From: an uncultured Actinomycetota bacterium | GTDB lineage: Bacteria; Actinomycetota; Thermoleophilia; RBG-16-64-13 | Direction of reading: 5' to 3' | Length of the DNA stretch: 64,000 nucleotides | NCBI GenBank assembly: GCA_963790415.1 | Contig: CAWBOK010000003.1 | Coordinates: forward strand, 607,273-671,272 | Shown here: positions 18,671 through 26,923 of the stretch, piece after piece | How positions within the stretch are numbered: the first letter of the stretch is position 1 | Layout of the letters: every line of letters begins with the position of its first letter | The notes under the pieces: model-generated | Database searches by the model: none | Seen by the model: the letters and a program-made list of their open reading frames with translations, nothing else | What the model was told of the DNA's origin: nothing | Program-made: the position numbers and the translations under genes

Positions 18671-19570
18671 TTAGGGAACGGGCTCCAGTTGGTCCGTCAG
18701 GGAGAGGGCCGCGTCACGCGCCAGGTTGGTCGTGAGCATCATCGCCACTCCTTGTTCCTGCCAGCGCAGCAAGACCACCGGGTTCATCAATGCAACCGTG
18801 CCCGCCTGCCCACGGATCGTGGTGGGTTCTGCGCCGGGAAGGGTCGCCGGTGTGGCCGTCTTCTCCTGTGTGATGGTGACGTAGTTGGAGCCGCGGACGT
18901 AGCTCACTGCTGCGAACGACTCACCTGCCTGAGTCTGCGTGTCGACCGCGGCGAGCGTCCAGCCCGGCGCTTCGAGGCCGAGGACCGTGAATCCCACGGT
19001 GGCGGCGGTCTGTTTCAGTAGGCCGGGGAGGGCGGCCGGCGTGATCGTGGTGAGCGTCACCGGCGGAGGGACGCTGGGGGTCGTCCCGGTGGCGCCTGTG
19101 GCCGAGGATGTCGCGTCCGGCGTTGTCGGGGTGACGGCGCCTGGAATGGCGCTTGTGTCGAGGGGATCAGCGATGTTCCCAGGCGACTCTTGCATCCTGG
19201 TGCCCACGTTCAAGGCGACGCCGAGGATCACACACATGACGCCCAGCAGAAGGAGAGTGCGCGGTCGGATACGGGTCATCTTGGTCGGCGGCGAACCACG
19301 CTTCGGGCGCACGGAAGCAACGGCATGTGAGATCGCGTTCGCGGGGGCAGGATCGGCGGCGACTGAGATCGCGTTCGTGGGGGCAGGATCGGCCGCGTTC
19401 ATGATCGTGTTCGTGTTGGTGGTGCCGAAGGCGCCGTCGGGTGGCAGCGCCCGCCTGGTCACCGTGCCACTAGGCGTCACCGACACCTTGGCGACGACGT
19501 ACAGCGCGAAGCCGAGGATCGTGCCGATGAAACCCATCAGCAGAAGCGCACGGGTCCGCAGCCGACCCAT
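18671..19570 (-). CDS. membrane protein with duplicated N-terminal anchor module
   Basis: start taken at ATG 19570 (2 nt after the yjbQ stop); two similar R-rich + TM modules (MGRLRTRALLLMGFIGTILGFAL / MTRIRPRTLLLLGVMCVILGVAL); Thr/Pro linker; C-terminal beta-rich domain. Confidence 0.5.
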   Translation of the reverse strand: MGRLRTRALLLMGFIGTILGFALYVVAKVSVTPSGTVTRRALPPDGAFGTTNTNTIMNAADPAPTNAISVAADPAPANAISHAVASVRPKRGSPPTKMTRIRPRTLLLLGVMCVILGVALNVGTRMQESPGNIADPLDTSAIPGAVTPTTPDATSSATGATGTTPSVPPPVTLTTITPAALPGLLKQTAATVGFTVLGLEAPGWTLAAVDTQTQAGESFAAVSYVRGSNYVTITQEKTATPATLPGAEPTTIRGQAGTVALMNPVVLLRWQEQGVAMMLTTNLARDAALSLTDQLEPVP

Positions 19571-19571
19571 C

Positions 19572-19985
19572 TCAATCGCCGGTGAGCGCGCTCCGAGTGA
19601 CTTCGAGCCAGACCCTCCGCGTGCGGGGCCCATCGAACTCAGCCAGGTACACGTGTTGCCACATGCCGACCTTCAACGCGCCACCCTGGATGGGCACCGC
19701 GGTGTGGTTGCCCACGATGGTGGTCTTCACGTGGGCGTCGGAGTTGCCCTCGTGGTGGAGGTAGCCGGCATCTCGGGGAACCAGGCGCGCGAACGTGGCC
19801 TCGATGTCACGTCGCACGGAGGGGTCGACTCCTTCGTTCACCGTGACGCCCGCCGTGGTGTGCGGAACGAAGATGTGGCACACGCCATCACCTTCGCAGC
19901 CGGCTGTATCGAGCGTCTCCTGGATGCGGCCGGTGATGTCGACCAGGACGTCTCTCGCTTGAGTAGTCACTGTGAACTCGAGCAT
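19572..19985 (-). CDS. YjbQ/UPF0047 family protein (secondary thiamine-phosphate synthase-like)
   Basis: 137 aa from ATG 19985; VPHTTAGVTVNE, NSDAHVK, typical family length; the longer ORF-track form would overlap tRNA-Ala. Confidence 0.85.
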   Translation of the reverse strand: MLEFTVTTQARDVLVDITGRIQETLDTAGCEGDGVCHIFVPHTTAGVTVNEGVDPSVRRDIEATFARLVPRDAGYLHHEGNSDAHVKTTIVGNHTAVPIQGGALKVGMWQHVYLAEFDGPRTRRVWLEVTRSALTGD

Positions 19986-20027
19986 GTCAGCCGCCCATGC
20001 GCCCAGGGCGCGTCCGGGAGTACGAGG

Positions 20028-20100
20028 TGGAGGTAAGGGGACTCGAACCCCTGGCCTTCGCATTGCGAACGCGACGCTCTCCCAACTGAGCTATACCCCC
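20028..20100 (-). tRNA. tRNA-Ala (anticodon CGC)
   Basis: GGGGGTATAGCTCAGTTGGGAGAGCGTCGCGTTCGCAATGCGAAGGCCAGGGGTTCGAGTCCCCTTACCTCCA; cloverleaf folds; G3:U70 Ala identity pair; TTCGAGT T-loop; CCA not encoded. Confidence 0.9.
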
Positions 20101-20165
20101 ACGATTGACAGGCAAGGCAGTATATATAGCCTATCGAGCAGCCGCCTGCAAGGGCGCCCAGCCTC

Positions 20166-20837
20166 CTAGGACCGATAGAACAGGCCGGTGACCACGAGCG
20201 ATGTGGCGTTCATAGTGGCGTGGGCCGCGATAGCCGCCCACAACGACCCTGTTCGCCAGAACAGCCACGCGAAGGCCAGGCCCATGACGAAGATGGGCAC
20301 GTACAGATACGGCCACACATGGGCGAGTGCGAACACCGCCGAGGTGACCACGGCGGCGGGCCAGAATCCCCATCGGCGGACGAGCCCCTGCAGGAGGAAG
20401 CCGCGAAAGAGCACCTCCTCGCCCAGTGGGGCGGCCACCAGGACGAGCACGACCATCAGCATCACCTGCCGTGGGTGGTGACCGAAGACGAACAGATCCT
20501 GCGTGCGGGGCAGGTGGACGAACGATCTCACGACGAAGTTGGCGCCCAGGACGACCGCCGCCACGAGCCCCAAGAGGGCGCCCAGGCTGCGGATGTCGAG
20601 CGGGCGGAAGCCGAGGACCGACCAATCGACCCCGTGTCGGCGGATGGCGACTACCCAGATGCCTGCGAACAGAAGGCCGTAGAGGAGCAGCACCTGCGTG
20701 AAGAACGTCAGCGAGGCGTCGCCTGCGTAGCCGGTCACCGTGCGGGTGAACCCGGTGACGCCCACCGGGACGAGCAGGGCCTGGCCGAGGATGGCCATCA
20801 CGCCGACGAGCCCCATGTCGAGCCACCCCCATGGCAC
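20166..20837 (-). CDS. CPBP family intramembrane glutamic endopeptidase
   Basis: 223 aa; polytopic; EEVLFRGFL, FALAHV and HATMN motifs. Confidence 0.85.
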   Translation of the reverse strand: MPWGWLDMGLVGVMAILGQALLVPVGVTGFTRTVTGYAGDASLTFFTQVLLLYGLLFAGIWVVAIRRHGVDWSVLGFRPLDIRSLGALLGLVAAVVLGANFVVRSFVHLPRTQDLFVFGHHPRQVMLMVVLVLVAAPLGEEVLFRGFLLQGLVRRWGFWPAAVVTSAVFALAHVWPYLYVPIFVMGLAFAWLFWRTGSLWAAIAAHATMNATSLVVTGLFYRS

Positions 20838-20923
20838 CGCCCCGAACCCTCGAAGTTCTCCGGGAGAGAGCCTCTCCCCCGGTTCGGGGTAGAGGAGCTG
20901 ACGGACCAGTGACGGATCCTCGA

Positions 20924-21160
20924 TCAGGCCGCGCCCTCCTCTTCCAGCACCCGCCGGTACTCGGCGAAGACGTCGAGGCCTTTCTGGGCCTCATCCTCAT
21001 CGAGTACGGTGATGGCGAAGCCCGCGTGTACCAAGGCGTATTGTCCCACTTGAGATCCGGGGCAGAGCAGCAGTGAGATCTCTCGGCGTACGCCCTCGAG
21101 GTCGATGATGCCGTTGGTTCCTTCGATGCTCACGATGCGCGCGGGGATGGCGAGGCACAC
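20924..21160 (-). CDS. hypC: HypC/HybG/HupF-family hydrogenase maturation chaperone-like protein
   Basis: 78 aa from GTG 21160; (M)CLAIPARIVSIEG N-terminus, ALVHAGFAI core. Confidence 0.8.
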   Translation of the reverse strand: MCLAIPARIVSIEGTNGIIDLEGVRREISLLLCPGSQVGQYALVHAGFAITVLDEDEAQKGLDVFAEYRRVLEEEGAA

Positions 21161-21164
21161 GAGG

Positions 21165-21953
21165 TCAGGCCTCATCCGTCGGCGGCTTCGTGGGATAGCG
21201 ATCGCGCAGAAACGGTTCGAGTAGGTCGATCGGCAGCGGGAAGATGACCGTGGAGTTCTTCTCGGCGGCGATCTCGACCAGTGTCTGCATGTAGCGCAGC
21301 TGGATCGAGGTCGGGGATGTGTCGAGCACCGTGGCGGCCTGGGAGAGCTTCTCCGAGGCCTGGAACTCGCCCTCGGCGGCGATGACCTTGGCACGCCGCT
21401 CGCGCTCGGCCTCGGCCTGTCGCGCCATGGCCCGCTGCATGCCCTGCGGGATCTCCACGTCCTTTATCTCGACGATGGATACCTTGATGCCCCAGGGGTC
21501 GGTCTGCTCGTCGATGATCTCCTGCAGGCGCATGTTGAGCTTCTCTCGCTCGGTCAGCAGGTGGTCGAGGTCGGCCTGGCCGAGGACGCTCCGCAGGGTG
21601 GTCTGGGCGATCTGGGATGTCGCCAGGATGTAGTTCTGCACCTCGATCACCGACTTGTTCGGGTCGAGCACTCGGAAGTAGACCACGGCGTTCACCTTGA
21701 CCGGCACGTTGTCCTTGGTGATGGCTTCCTGCGGAGGCACGTCCATTGTGACCGTGCGGAGATCGACCCGGGTCATCTTGTCGACGATGGGTATGAGCAG
21801 GAAGAGCCCCGGTCCTTTGGCCCCGATGACGCGCCCCAGGCGGAAGATCACGCCCCGCTGGTATTCGGGCACGACCTTGACCGCCGCGGAGACGATGAAG
21901 AGCAGAAACAGCACTACCGCTACGATCACGATCAGTGTTGCCAGAGACGACAT
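21165..21953 (-). CDS. SPFH/band 7 (stomatin-like) protein
   Basis: 262 aa; N-terminal TM; [25 protein letters not shown], coiled-coil [10 protein letters not shown]. Confidence 0.9.
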   Translation of the reverse strand: MSSLATLIVIVAVVLFLLFIVSAAVKVVPEYQRGVIFRLGRVIGAKGPGLFLLIPIVDKMTRVDLRTVTMDVPPQEAITKDNVPVKVNAVVYFRVLDPNKSVIEVQNYILATSQIAQTTLRSVLGQADLDHLLTEREKLNMRLQEIIDEQTDPWGIKVSIVEIKDVEIPQGMQRAMARQAEAERERRAKVIAAEGEFQASEKLSQAATVLDTSPTSIQLRYMQTLVEIAAEKNSTVIFPLPIDLLEPFLRDRYPTKPPTDEA

Positions 21954-21962
21954 GATGCCTCC

Positions 21963-23348
21963 CTACCTCGGAGCCTCGGCGGTAGTGTCGCTGGGCGCCT
22001 TGTCGGCGCCGGTCTCGGCTGCCGCCCGCCTCCGCACGTGCAGCTCGAGTCCATCCATGCCGACGACCTCCACCGTGTCGCCGGACCCTATCACCCCATC
22101 ATCGGTTTGGGCCTTCCACAACTCCCCGTGAACTAGAACCTGCCCCGAAGGGTCGAGTCGCGTCCTGGCTACTCCGATCTCACCCGTCATGCCCTCACGG
22201 CCCGTGGTCGACGGTCGTCCGCGGGCCCGGGACACTGCCGAGATGACCACGGCGAAGAAGGCGAAGGAGAGTGCCGCCGCTATCCCGATAACAACCCAGC
22301 TGACGCTCCCGAACGATCCCGGCACGTCGAAGAGAAGAAGGCCTCCCAGGATCAAGGCGACCGTGCCGGCAAAGCCCAGGGCCCCGTGACTCTGGATCTT
22401 CACCTCTGCCACGTAGAGTACCATCGCCACGACGATAAGGGCGAGGCCGACGTAGCTCACGGGGAGCACCTGCATGGCATAGAGCGCGACGAGTAGGGCG
22501 ATGGCGCCTGCTACTCCGGATATCCCCAATCCAGGGCTTTGGAACTCGAAGATCAGGCCGTAGATGCCCAGTAGCAGCAGGATGAAGGCTATGTTGGGAT
22601 CGACGACGGCGTGCAACAGTCGGTCGCGCCAGGTCATGGGGACCTGCACCACCGGAGCGCCCGCGGTGTGAAGCGTGATCCCTTTCGGGACGGTCGTGTA
22701 GCCATCGAGCTGCCGGAGTAGGTCGTCCAGGTCCGCGGCTACGAACTCGATCACGTCGGCGGCTTTGGCCTCTCCAGCGGTGAGAGAGACCGACTCGCGC
22801 ACAGCCTTCTCGGCCCACGTCGCGTTTCGTTCGTGGGTCGTGGCCAGCCCCTTCATGTACGCCGCCGCGTCGTTGGTCACCTTCGCTTCCATGGTGGCGT
22901 CCATCTGACCGTTCAGCGCCACCGGGTGGGCCGAGCCCAGGTTCGTTTGGGGGGCCATGGCCGTGACATCCGCGCCCATCATGATGTAGACGCCGGCCGA
23001 GGCCGAGCGGGCTCCCTGTGGGTAGACGAAGACCACTACCGGCACTGTCGATGCGATCTCGGCTTGGATGATCCGGCGCATCGAGGTGTCGAGGCCCCCG
23101 GGAGTGTCCATCTCTATGACCACGACCCCGGCGCCGTCCGCCTGCGCATCGCGGATCACCTTCTCCAGGTAGGCGGCCAGTGGTGGGGTGATGGCCCCGT
23201 CTGCCGTGGCCACCCAGACCGGAGCCGGGGCGGCGGTCGCGTGCGCCGGTGCGAAGGCGACCAGGCCGAGGATGGCGGTCGCTGCCACGATTGCCAAGAC
23301 ACGGCGCATAAGCGCCGTGGCGGTTGCGCGCCGGCTCGTCGGCCTCAT
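21963..23348 (-). CDS. NfeD-family membrane-bound serine protease
   Basis: 461 aa; ClpP-like N-domain (VVIEMDTPGG, SAGVYI), central TM block, C-terminal OB-fold (GQVLVHGELWKA); upstream of the stomatin gene as in the classical pair. Confidence 0.85.
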   Translation of the reverse strand: MRPTSRRATATALMRRVLAIVAATAILGLVAFAPAHATAAPAPVWVATADGAITPPLAAYLEKVIRDAQADGAGVVVIEMDTPGGLDTSMRRIIQAEIASTVPVVVFVYPQGARSASAGVYIMMGADVTAMAPQTNLGSAHPVALNGQMDATMEAKVTNDAAAYMKGLATTHERNATWAEKAVRESVSLTAGEAKAADVIEFVAADLDDLLRQLDGYTTVPKGITLHTAGAPVVQVPMTWRDRLLHAVVDPNIAFILLLLGIYGLIFEFQSPGLGISGVAGAIALLVALYAMQVLPVSYVGLALIVVAMVLYVAEVKIQSHGALGFAGTVALILGGLLLFDVPGSFGSVSWVVIGIAAALSFAFFAVVISAVSRARGRPSTTGREGMTGEIGVARTRLDPSGQVLVHGELWKAQTDDGVIGSGDTVEVVGMDGLELHVRRRAAAETGADKAPSDTTAEAPR

Positions 23349-23354
23349 GGTGGT

Positions 23355-23966
23355 CTACCGGGTGAAGGTCGCCGGGCTGGGATGGCCTCCGTGGGCGACC
23401 ACGCGCCGTAACGCGGTGCGGGCTTCGACCATCGCCGGCAGCAGGCCGCGGAGGTCGACCCTCAGAAGCGACATATCCCCGTCGGTGCGCGCAACCTGGA
23501 ACCCACTGCTCTCGAGGAACTCCAAGCCGAACAGGTTGCGCACGCCGCAGAGGTGCTTGTTGCCCAAAGGCCGCGCGTACGCATAGATCTCCTGCACGCG
23601 TCGTCGGCGCAGGTGGCCCATGGCCTGGTGCAGGAGTTGTTGTGCCTCATTGACCGGCCGACCCACTCTTCCGCGCAGGCAGAAGACGAGCACGGCGTCG
23701 TCCGGCGGTGGACCGAGGGGCAGACCGTGCGGTCGCGAAAGCGCGCGCACCGGAGCGAACTGGACGGCGGCCACGGTCTCCCTACCGTCCATGGCGACGA
23801 GGCCGACGCTGCCCCAGGTGCGTTCCAGCGAGGCCATCCAATCGAGGCGCCGCTGCAGCACGACGCTCGTGTCGGACCCCTTGGTGCTCTGCCACCAGAG
23901 GCACTCGGGACACGGATGAGGAAGCAGCCCCTGCGAGGCCGGTATGACTTCCACGTAGGTGGGCAT
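23355..23966 (-). CDS. hypothetical protein (possible GNAT-like fold)
   Basis: 203 aa from ATG 23966; CPEC near the N-terminus; C-terminal ...EIYAYA...FLESSGFQV is reminiscent of acetyltransferases; weak. Confidence 0.4.
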   Translation of the reverse strand: MPTYVEVIPASQGLLPHPCPECLWWQSTKGSDTSVVLQRRLDWMASLERTWGSVGLVAMDGRETVAAVQFAPVRALSRPHGLPLGPPPDDAVLVFCLRGRVGRPVNEAQQLLHQAMGHLRRRRVQEIYAYARPLGNKHLCGVRNLFGLEFLESSGFQVARTDGDMSLLRVDLRGLLPAMVEARTALRRVVAHGGHPSPATFTR

Positions 23967-24408
23967 CGCGTTCCGGCCCTCGCCGAATCCTAAGCGGGTT
24001 CGGGCGGGGCGGGTTCTGGGGGGCGTCGACCTCGTCCACGTACAGCGTGGTCGTGCGAACGTCGAGATCGAGGAGGCCGCGCATCTTCCGGGCGAGGACA
24101 TCTTCCACTTCGCGGGCCAGGTCGGGGATGATCACTCCCCATCCCACCTTGACGTGCACGTCGATCTCGATGACGCTCGGCGCCACACTTCGCACCACGA
24201 CGCCTTTGGTCGGCGAGTCGGCGCGCATACGGCCGGAGAGCGCCTTCCAGTGCGACCCATGGAGAGACGCGATCCCCGGGATCCCGCGCACGGCATCGGC
24301 TACGTAGGCCGCCGCCACGTCCTCGGCCACGACTGCACGATCACCCGCTTCCGTGGGAACGGCCGGCACCTCACCGGCGGGGGGGTCATCATGGACCATG
24401 TCCCTCAC
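23782..24408 (-). CDS. Asp23/Gls24 family envelope stress protein
   Basis: VAEDVAAAYVADAVRGIPGI, VEIDVHVKV, REVEDVLARKMRGLLDL; as assembled the tail overlaps the next gene by 185 nt; one extra base in the G6 run 24018-24023 would end it at TAG 23990. Confidence 0.7.
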   Translation of the reverse strand: MRDMVHDDPPAGEVPAVPTEAGDRAVVAEDVAAAYVADAVRGIPGIASLHGSHWKALSGRMRADSPTKGVVVRSVAPSVIEIDVHVKVGWGVIIPDLAREVEDVLARKMRGLLDLDVRTTTLYVDEVDAPQNPPRPNPLRIRRGPERDAHLRGSHTGLAGAASSSVSRVPLVAEHQGVRHERRAAAAPRLDGLAGTHLGQRRPRRHGR

Positions 24409-24482
24409 CTCCGTGTTCCGGGTCTGGCCCGGATCTGCCCGCCGAAGCGCTCTCCGCCTCGTCTGGTTCTATGTATACCAGA

Positions 24483-25379
24483 TTACGACGATACCGACTC
24501 TCTCGGCAGACGGTTCATCACCTGTGCCGCCGGGCGTCGGGCACACAGGCGGTGAAGCAGGACCTCCGGTCGAGTGGCCAGCCGGAAAGGCAAGAACGTG
24601 GTGCCGATGCCCGCGGAGACCGCCAGCCAGCCGTCTCCCCATCGGTGTATGCCGTCGACAACCGGAAGTTTCTCGCGATGCACGCGCACTTTGCCCCACG
24701 GGGTGGGCACACGGATCTGCCCACCGTGCGTGTGCCCGGCGAAGGCCATGGTATACCTGCCTTCCAGTCCGTCTCCCGGAACGGGGGGGCGGTGGATGAG
24801 CAACAGCGAGACATCTCCGTCCGCCGGGAGGTCACCACGCATGCGGTGGCCTCCGGTAAGGTAGTCGGCGCCGCACACCACCAGCCTGGCGCCGCCGGCC
24901 TGGGGAGTCACCGCCACGCATTCATCGCGCAGCATCCGGATGCCTGAGTCCGCCCACTCCGGGATCTGCGGACGGTGCGCGAACGGGTTCTTGCTCAGAC
25001 CGTACTCGTGGTTGCCGCTTACGGCGAACATGCCGAGCCGCGGTCTCAACTGGGAGAGGATCTCGACGCATCGGCGCGCTCCATGTCCCGCGCCCACGAT
25101 GTCGCCGGTGAGCACGACCAGATCCGGGTCGCGCGCCCGGGCCCACGATACCGCGTGGCTGAGCGTCCACAGGTTCAGCCCGGGCTGCCCGGCGTGCACG
25201 TCGGAGAGGTGCAGGATACTCAGCCCTTCGAGGTCGGCGGGGAGGCCCGGGATGTCGAGCGTCGTCTCCCGCATGGCCAGCCACTGCGCCTCGAAGGTCA
25301 TGTAGGCGGCTGCCGAGAAACCGGCGGCCATCCCGAGCCCGAAGAGTCTCTTGGCGCCTCGGCGGCGGCTCCGTATCAA
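24483..25379 (-). CDS. metallophosphoesterase (YaeI-like)
   Basis: TTG start 25379 overlapping the upstream stop; HLSDVH, LTGDIV, SGNHEY, GHTHGGQ motifs; N-terminal TM. Confidence 0.85.
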   Translation of the reverse strand: MIRSRRRGAKRLFGLGMAAGFSAAAYMTFEAQWLAMRETTLDIPGLPADLEGLSILHLSDVHAGQPGLNLWTLSHAVSWARARDPDLVVLTGDIVGAGHGARRCVEILSQLRPRLGMFAVSGNHEYGLSKNPFAHRPQIPEWADSGIRMLRDECVAVTPQAGGARLVVCGADYLTGGHRMRGDLPADGDVSLLLIHRPPVPGDGLEGRYTMAFAGHTHGGQIRVPTPWGKVRVHREKLPVVDGIHRWGDGWLAVSAGIGTTFLPFRLATRPEVLLHRLCARRPAAQVMNRLPRESVSS

Positions 25380-25696
25380 GCCGTGGTCCCCGCGTGGGGC
25401 GGGTCGGCGCCGACGGGGGGCATAGCCCCGAGGGTCTCGTTGAGTTTTTCGCGCAGCCGGCGGCGGGTGTCGTCGATCTTGGCCTGCATGTCCAGGTTCG
25501 CCGAGCCGGAAGCGCCACTGTCGGATACGGTGTCTTCCGGCGTCCCGGTTGCACACGAGCAGCTACCCCAGGCGCAGCATTGCCGCATCAGGTCGGTTCC
25601 TCGGGAGAGGAACCCACGTCCGCGGGGAGTGGTGAGGAAGTAGGCGAGTGCACCGCCGGCACTCACCACTACGAACATCCACTTGAGTCGTTTCAT
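25376..25696 (-). CDS. small membrane-anchored protein (YtxH-like)
   Basis: 106 aa from ATG 25696; MKRLKWMFVVVSAGGALAYFLTTPRGRGFL; Cys-rich CCAWGSCSC; C-terminal helix. Confidence 0.5.
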   Translation of the reverse strand: MKRLKWMFVVVSAGGALAYFLTTPRGRGFLSRGTDLMRQCCAWGSCSCATGTPEDTVSDSGASGSANLDMQAKIDDTRRRLREKLNETLGAMPPVGADPPHAGTTA

Positions 25697-25829
25697 GGCA
25701 ATGACCTCTCGTTCTGAAGCGGGCTCTGAAGCGTACTGGTAGAGTGTAGCCGACGCCGCATCTGATTGTCGGCGTGCTTTCACTGCCTGGGCGAAGAACG
25801 GAGCCACAGGGCTGAGAGGAGAACAGAGC

Positions 25830-26705
25830 ATGGGTTTCACGCGCGGGCTTTCCCGAGTCGAGGCCGCGTGGCTCGCCTGTTTCGAAGAGATGGGTCGGGA
25901 AGGCGAACAGGCGGTCGTGCGACTGGCTGGCCGAGCCGAGGGGCGGCGGTGCCTCGGCCGAGGTGGAGGCGGCGACGTGACGATCGAACTCGACCGTGCG
26001 GCCGAGGAGGCCATGGTCGGGGTGCTGGCCTCCGCTGCTCCCTGTCGACACACGCTCATAGCGGAAGAGCGCGGAGTCGTCATCTGCCAAGATGCTGACT
26101 GGAGGGTGACCTTGGACCCGGTGGACGGCAGCCTGAATGCCAAGCGGGGACTAGAACCCTACGCGACCACCATCGCGGCGGCCGATGGAGAGACCCTTGG
26201 GGACATCGCCGTAGCCTACACGCGGGACTACGCCCGAGGACACCTCTATGCGGCGGTCCGGGGGGCGGGGGCGCTGATCGAGTGGGCGGGTCCGGCCGTC
26301 CGGCCAGAAGCGATGGCCGCCGATGGCCCGGTGGAAGTGGTGTTGTTCGAAGGTGGGGCGCCTCACGATCAGGATGCCCGTTTCCGGGACGTGGCCCGCC
26401 TCGCCGTCCCTGAGCCGAATCCGCAGCTGCGCGTGCGACAGATCGGGTCGTTGGCGCTATCCCTGTGCCTTGTCGCTGTGGGCGTGGCCGATGTGCTCGT
26501 GGCCCCGATCCCGTCACGCGCTGTCGACATAGCGGGCGGTCTCCTGATCCTGCGCGAATGCGGCGGGGGTGCGGCCGCCATTGACGGCTCCGAGTTGTTC
26601 GACCACCCCCTGGATCTGGCCAGGCGGGCACCCTTTGTCGCGTGGCGCAAAGGAGTCGATGGACCACGAGTGACGGCCCGCGCGCGCACGTGCTTCGGAA
26701 GGTGA
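25830..26705 (+). CDS. inositol monophosphatase / FBPase family protein
   Basis: 291 aa; AEERG, WRVTLDPVDGSLN metal-binding signature, C-terminal AGGLLIL. Confidence 0.85.
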   Translation: MGFTRGLSRVEAAWLACFEEMGREGEQAVVRLAGRAEGRRCLGRGGGGDVTIELDRAAEEAMVGVLASAAPCRHTLIAEERGVVICQDADWRVTLDPVDGSLNAKRGLEPYATTIAAADGETLGDIAVAYTRDYARGHLYAAVRGAGALIEWAGPAVRPEAMAADGPVEVVLFEGGAPHDQDARFRDVARLAVPEPNPQLRVRQIGSLALSLCLVAVGVADVLVAPIPSRAVDIAGGLLILRECGGGAAAIDGSELFDHPLDLARRAPFVAWRKGVDGPRVTARARTCFGR

Positions 26706-26710
26706 CGACC

Positions 26711-26923
26711 CGCGTCACGCCGCAAGTGCGCCCGGCGGCCGAGCTTCGTTGCGGACGGACCCAGGGTCGCTCCGGAACGACGCTTCGCCGACAGGGCGCG
26801 ATGGACAGCGCGAGGCAAGGACGCAGGGAGCGCTCGTAGCCGGAGGCTACGGGTGCGACTGAGGACGCGCATCACGCCGTCAAGTGCGCCCCGGCGGCCG
26901 ACGCTTCGTTGCGAGCGGACCCC
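26711..26923. repeat. cluster of extragenic direct repeats (A-B-A arrangement)
   Basis: A copies at 26711-26762 and 26868-26923 (CGCRTCACGCCG.CAAGTGCGCC.GGCGGCCGA.CTTCGTTGCG.CGGACCC); B unit 26774-26824 matches 6483-6534. Confidence 0.6.

Noticed and set aside
20131-21000. 289-aa ORF overlapping the CPBP protease gene in another frame
   Set aside because: Arg/Pro/Gly-rich. The 20166..20837 frame carries the EEVLFRGF / HATMN protease motifs.
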